NCBI RefSeq assembly: GCF_009914755.1
Contig: NC_060935.1
Strand: one strand, 5' to 3'
Source of the DNA: the human T2T-CHM13v2.0 reference genome, Homo sapiens
DNA length: 64,000 nt
Shown here: positions 58,476-64,000 of the stretch, piece by piece
Numbering within the stretch: position 1 is the stretch's first letter
Layout: the number at the start of each line of letters is the position of its first letter
The notes under the pieces: model-generated
Told to the model about the DNA's origin: nothing
Databases searched by the model: none
What the model saw: only the letters and a program-made list of their open reading frames with translations
Translations under genes and position numbers: made by a program

Positions 58476-58914
58476 AGAACCACCCTGACATGGAGCTGGT
58501 ATTATCCACAGGTTACAATGGACTGGACCTCCTCTTCCAGTCCCATATAATTTTTTTTTTTTTTTTTTTTTTTAAATTTTGAGACAGAGTCTCACTCTGT
58601 CGCCCAGGCTCGAGTACAGTGGTGATCTTGGTTTACTGCAACCTCTGCCTCCCAGGTTCAAGCAATTCTCGGTCCTCAGCCTCCCCAGTAGTTGGGACTA
58701 CAGGCATGTGCCATTACACCTAGCTAGTTTTTGTGTTTTCGTAGAAACAAGGTTTCACCATGTTTGCCAGGCTGGTCTTGAACTCCTGGACTTAAGTGAT
58801 CTGCCTGCCTTGGCATCCCAAAGTGGTGAGATTACAGGCATGAGCCATTGTACCTGGCCCCATATCACTTCTTATTATCTCATAATATTCTTACCTTTTG
58901 CAGTGACAGCCCCA

Positions 58915-58916
<2 letters not shown>

Positions 58917-58963
<47 letters not shown>
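58917..58963. repeat. (GT)n microsatellite in intron 1
   Basis: Pure GT run of about 23 units. Confidence 0.97.
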
Positions 58964-58965
<2 letters not shown>

Positions 58966-58994
58966 GGGTGGGGATCATAATAATCCTGCAGGTG

Positions 58995-59370
58995 GGGTTT
59001 AGCTCTGGTGAAAAGAGCACAGATCCTTTGATTTGGGTTTGAATCCCAGCACTTCCTCTTACTAAGCTGTGTGATCTTGGGACATTACTAACCTCTGTGA
59101 GGTTCAGTTTTTCTTGGCTGCAAAATGTAAGCACAATACTAATAAGTAACTGACAGATGCTGTGCTTCTGCCAGACACTGTACCCAGTGCTTTGTGTGTA
59201 TTGGCTGAGTGAATCCTCATGACACCCTAATGAGGTAGGTCTCTTCTCTTCTTGCTTTCATTTTACAGGAGAGGAAAATGAGATGCAGAGAAGCTAAGCA
59301 ACCAGCCTGAGGCCACACAGCCAATCAGTTGAGAGTCAGAGTTCAAGCCTAGGCTGCTTGCTGCCAGAGT
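58995..59370. mobile_element. Two MIR fragments in opposite orientation
   Basis: gggtttgaatcccagc...gctgtgtgatcttggg (+) and cattttacaggagaggaaaatgagatgcagagaag (-). Confidence 0.7.
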
Positions 59371-59580
59371 CAGAGTGTTAGGTAGGACTTTATGAAATCA
59401 TGCCCACAGGCCCCGGAACAGGTAGTGGTGCAGACACTTGGTAAACCGTAGTTACCCCTCCCACTTTGACATTTACTCTCCTGGTGACATTTAAGTTTTC
59501 TGACTGTTTTGTTGTTCAAGTTGGTGACAAAAGTACCAATTTCCTGCCTGCTCACTTCCAAACACAGCTTCTGTTGATGA

Positions 59581-60000
<420 letters not shown>

Positions 60001-61057
60001 TAGCCTCACTCCCTTAAATTTTTAAAATGGGTAAATGAGTGCATTTTCCCATTTGAAACATTTTCTGCTTCAAATCCTTATTGAGCACTTTGTGCTAGGC
60101 ATTGTGACTATGATCAGTATAAAAACCCCAAGAAAACAAAAAAACAAAAACAGTAATTCACTGTCCTGTCACCCCCAACTCATCAATCCTTTGCTTTTCC
60201 ATAACTGGTTACCTGGGTGCTTTTCTTCGTTGTGATTATTTTTTATTGGAAATGCAGATTTGTGACTGTGATGGGCCTGAGGTCAGGTCACCTTGCTGAG
60301 GCGAGTTTCCTGGGCGGCTTTGCCCTGTTTTGATAAACAGAAGAATGAGCAGCTGGAGCTGCATTTCAAGTGGCTGCTTTAGTTGAGGCAGGCAGGCCTC
60401 AGTGTTTATGTGACACCGAGCAGCTTCAAAATGAGCTTGGTCATTTAAAAAAATTTATTTTTTCCTAGTTAGGTAACAGTGGTATAACAACATTAAAAGA
60501 AATGTAGAAACTAGAGAAAGGAAAAAAAAAGCCCTTTATCCCCCCCATCACAAAACTATTATAATTTCAAAATAGTTACAAGTACAATGTATTCCAAGTG
60601 GCTTCTTATTTAAGATAATTATATTCACAGAGCAGGGACCGTTTCAGGTCCTTTAATGCTGAAAGGCTAAATAAAGAGAACTTTTTATTTTTTCCATGTT
60701 AATACATGGATGATATTAACCATGATGTTTAATAGCTACAGAATACTGCATGAAATGGTTGTACTATAATTCATTTAGCCTTTTTCGTATTTAGAGATTT
60801 AAGCAGTAGCCAATTTTTCACCATTACAAGTGGTGCAAGGACCAATATCTTCATGAATACAGCATTTTCTGTAAAGCAGAAATTCTTTCTTCAGGATTAA
60901 TTTCCAGGTATCTTTCTGGTATTAGACACATACCACTTGCCTAATAACGTTCCAAAAGGAATTCATTGTTTACATTGCTATTAGAACATATGAGATTGCC
61001 TGTTTCATTATGTCCGTCCCAGCACTGGGTATTATCATTAAAAAAAAAAGATTTTAA

Positions 61058-61369
<312 letters not shown>

Positions 61370-62444
61370 TAAATTTAATGTTTACATTTGCACACATGCC
61401 AATTGGGCTTCATGGTGGCTGCCTCACACCACTTTTTGTCCGTGTGTGAGACTCACATAGAGGCTGTTTTCTGTGATCCTTTTTTAAAAAATAATTACAT
61501 TTTTTTAATGCTCAGGGAAAATGTCAAATAATTGTTTATGTTTTGTACTGAAATCTGCACTGGTCTGATGGTACCCAGAAAAACTCTTAACTGTAGCCAG
61601 AAACCAGCTGAGCCTAGTTGTATGCAACCTGACTGCAAAGGTCATCAGGTGCTCTCATTTTATTTTTAGAGCTATATTTTAGCTCTAACGTGATTGTTGG
61701 GTGAACACTTGCAGAATGAAATATGACTGACACCTACCAGCTGTCTACACATTCCTGGTTATATCTTAGGAAGGCAGTGTGTGCTAGCACCTTGGGAAGA
61801 GAATGTTGAGTTCAAATCCTAGTTTTGCCCCTTGCACCAATACCTTGATCAGATTCCTCCCCTGCGTCCTCCCTACCCTTTCTTCAACTTCACACCTTAG
61901 TTTCTTTACTTGTAAATTGGGTTGATAGTGGGCTGCTGTCAGAATTAAGGACATCGTTTTGTCAAGGATTTTGCATACAGGAAGTCATGGTGACAGCTGT
62001 TGTTACTGTTGTCCTGAGGAGTGGGGACAGGAGAGGAGGAAAACAGGCTGGTCCAGGTGTCTTTCCTTAAAGGAGGCTCCAGCTTAGTTGGGGAGATAGA
62101 TGGGCTGGTCAGAGTTTCAAGTCATAGGCAGTGCAGGCCTCAAAGGAACAGCCAGGACTTGAGACAAGAATCAGGCCAAGTGAGTAACTGTTGCTGCTGT
62201 GGCAGTGAATGTTAGCAGCCCAGGCCTGCAGGGGGGAAGACTCATTTGGGGTACAGTGAGAGGTCTTGCTGGGCAAATGCAGGGTGTTTGCGGCAAGGTA
62301 GGCTGGGGCTGGACTTGGAGGATGCCTGCGTGATTTAGATTCTATCTTGTAGAGAATGAGGTATCATGGAAGGATTTTCTTTTCATGTTGTAAATATTAA
62401 TCATTTTATTGTTTTGTATTTTTGATGGCAATATAAAAATACCA

Positions 62445-63263
<819 letters not shown>

Positions 63264-64000
63264 TGTGGGAGGATTTTGAACTGGGGAGTGGTGTTTGGAG
63301 CCTTTGGGTGGGGTGGGCTGTGAGGAGCCTGTGTGTGTGTCTGCCCTTACTGGGCTGGGTTTAGGGCAAGCTTCATGTGCTTCCTTTCTTTTAAGGGACT
63401 CTCTGAGACAGGGTTATTATCCCCTTTTTGCAGATGAGGGCACTCAGGCTCAGTGAGGTTAAATAAGCTGCATGGCTAGACAATGGCAGATAGCAGCCCT
63501 GTCCGGCTCTTAGCCAGCTTGCAGCCACCTGCCCCTGCTGGGCCAGGCGATTGCAGTGGTCTTGGCTGGGAGGGGCCCAGAGGCTGTGTGGTGCTGGAGA
63601 GAGGCAGCAGGCTGGACCTGGTTGGGCAAGGCTGAGTGGTTGTGGGATAAGAGGAGATGTTTCAGAGCAGCACCCACAGAACCGCTGTGATGGGAGAAAC
63701 AAGACTTCGAGTTAGGAGAGTGGGTTGGACTCTTGGTGCAGCCTATGTGACCTTGGGCTGATCTTGTCTCTTTTGAGCATCACTTTCCTCATCTGGAACC
63801 TGGGGCTCTTGTGGCTTCCTGCCTCTCTCAAGGGTGATTCGGGAGGAAGAGTGGGAGAGAGAGAGAGAGAGGGAGAGGATGGAGGCGAGAGAGGTGGAGT
63901 GGGAAAGGAGGGCAGAATCTGCTAGAACCTGCAGAGCTCATAATCTAGGGGCGGGGAGGGACATGCAGCAGGTGCAGGCAGGTGTGGGAGGAAGTAGCCT

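Overview
Primate DNA, almost certainly human, very rich in Alu elements. It contains the 5' end of PTPRJ (DEP-1/CD148 receptor tyrosine phosphatase): about 37.6 kb of repeat-rich upstream sequence, a CpG-island promoter (~37600-39230), exon 1 (donor CAG|GTAAGC after 38571) and the first ~25 kb of intron 1. The only protein-coding sequence I can support is PTPRJ exon 1, which encodes MKPAAREARLPPRSPGLRWALPLLLLLLRLGQ. Two upstream in-frame ATGs (38134, 38311) add an Arg-rich N-terminal extension. That three-AUG arrangement and its translational attenuation are, to my knowledge, already described. The more novel angles are the possible fate of the cleaved Arg-rich long signal peptide and the ATGA stop/start overlaps in the +1 frame. 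Nearly all other ORFs in the track are Alu or GC-rich shadows. The rest of the window is Alu, MIR, L2, L1, MaLR LTRs and DNA transposon fossils. It also shows several DNA-repair or template-switch scars, a compact candidate haematopoietic/redox enhancer near 4.6 kb, and a possible unannotated retrocopy fragment near 40.3 kb. I found no convincing wholly new biological system. Repeat boundaries and subfamily calls were made by eye and are approximate.
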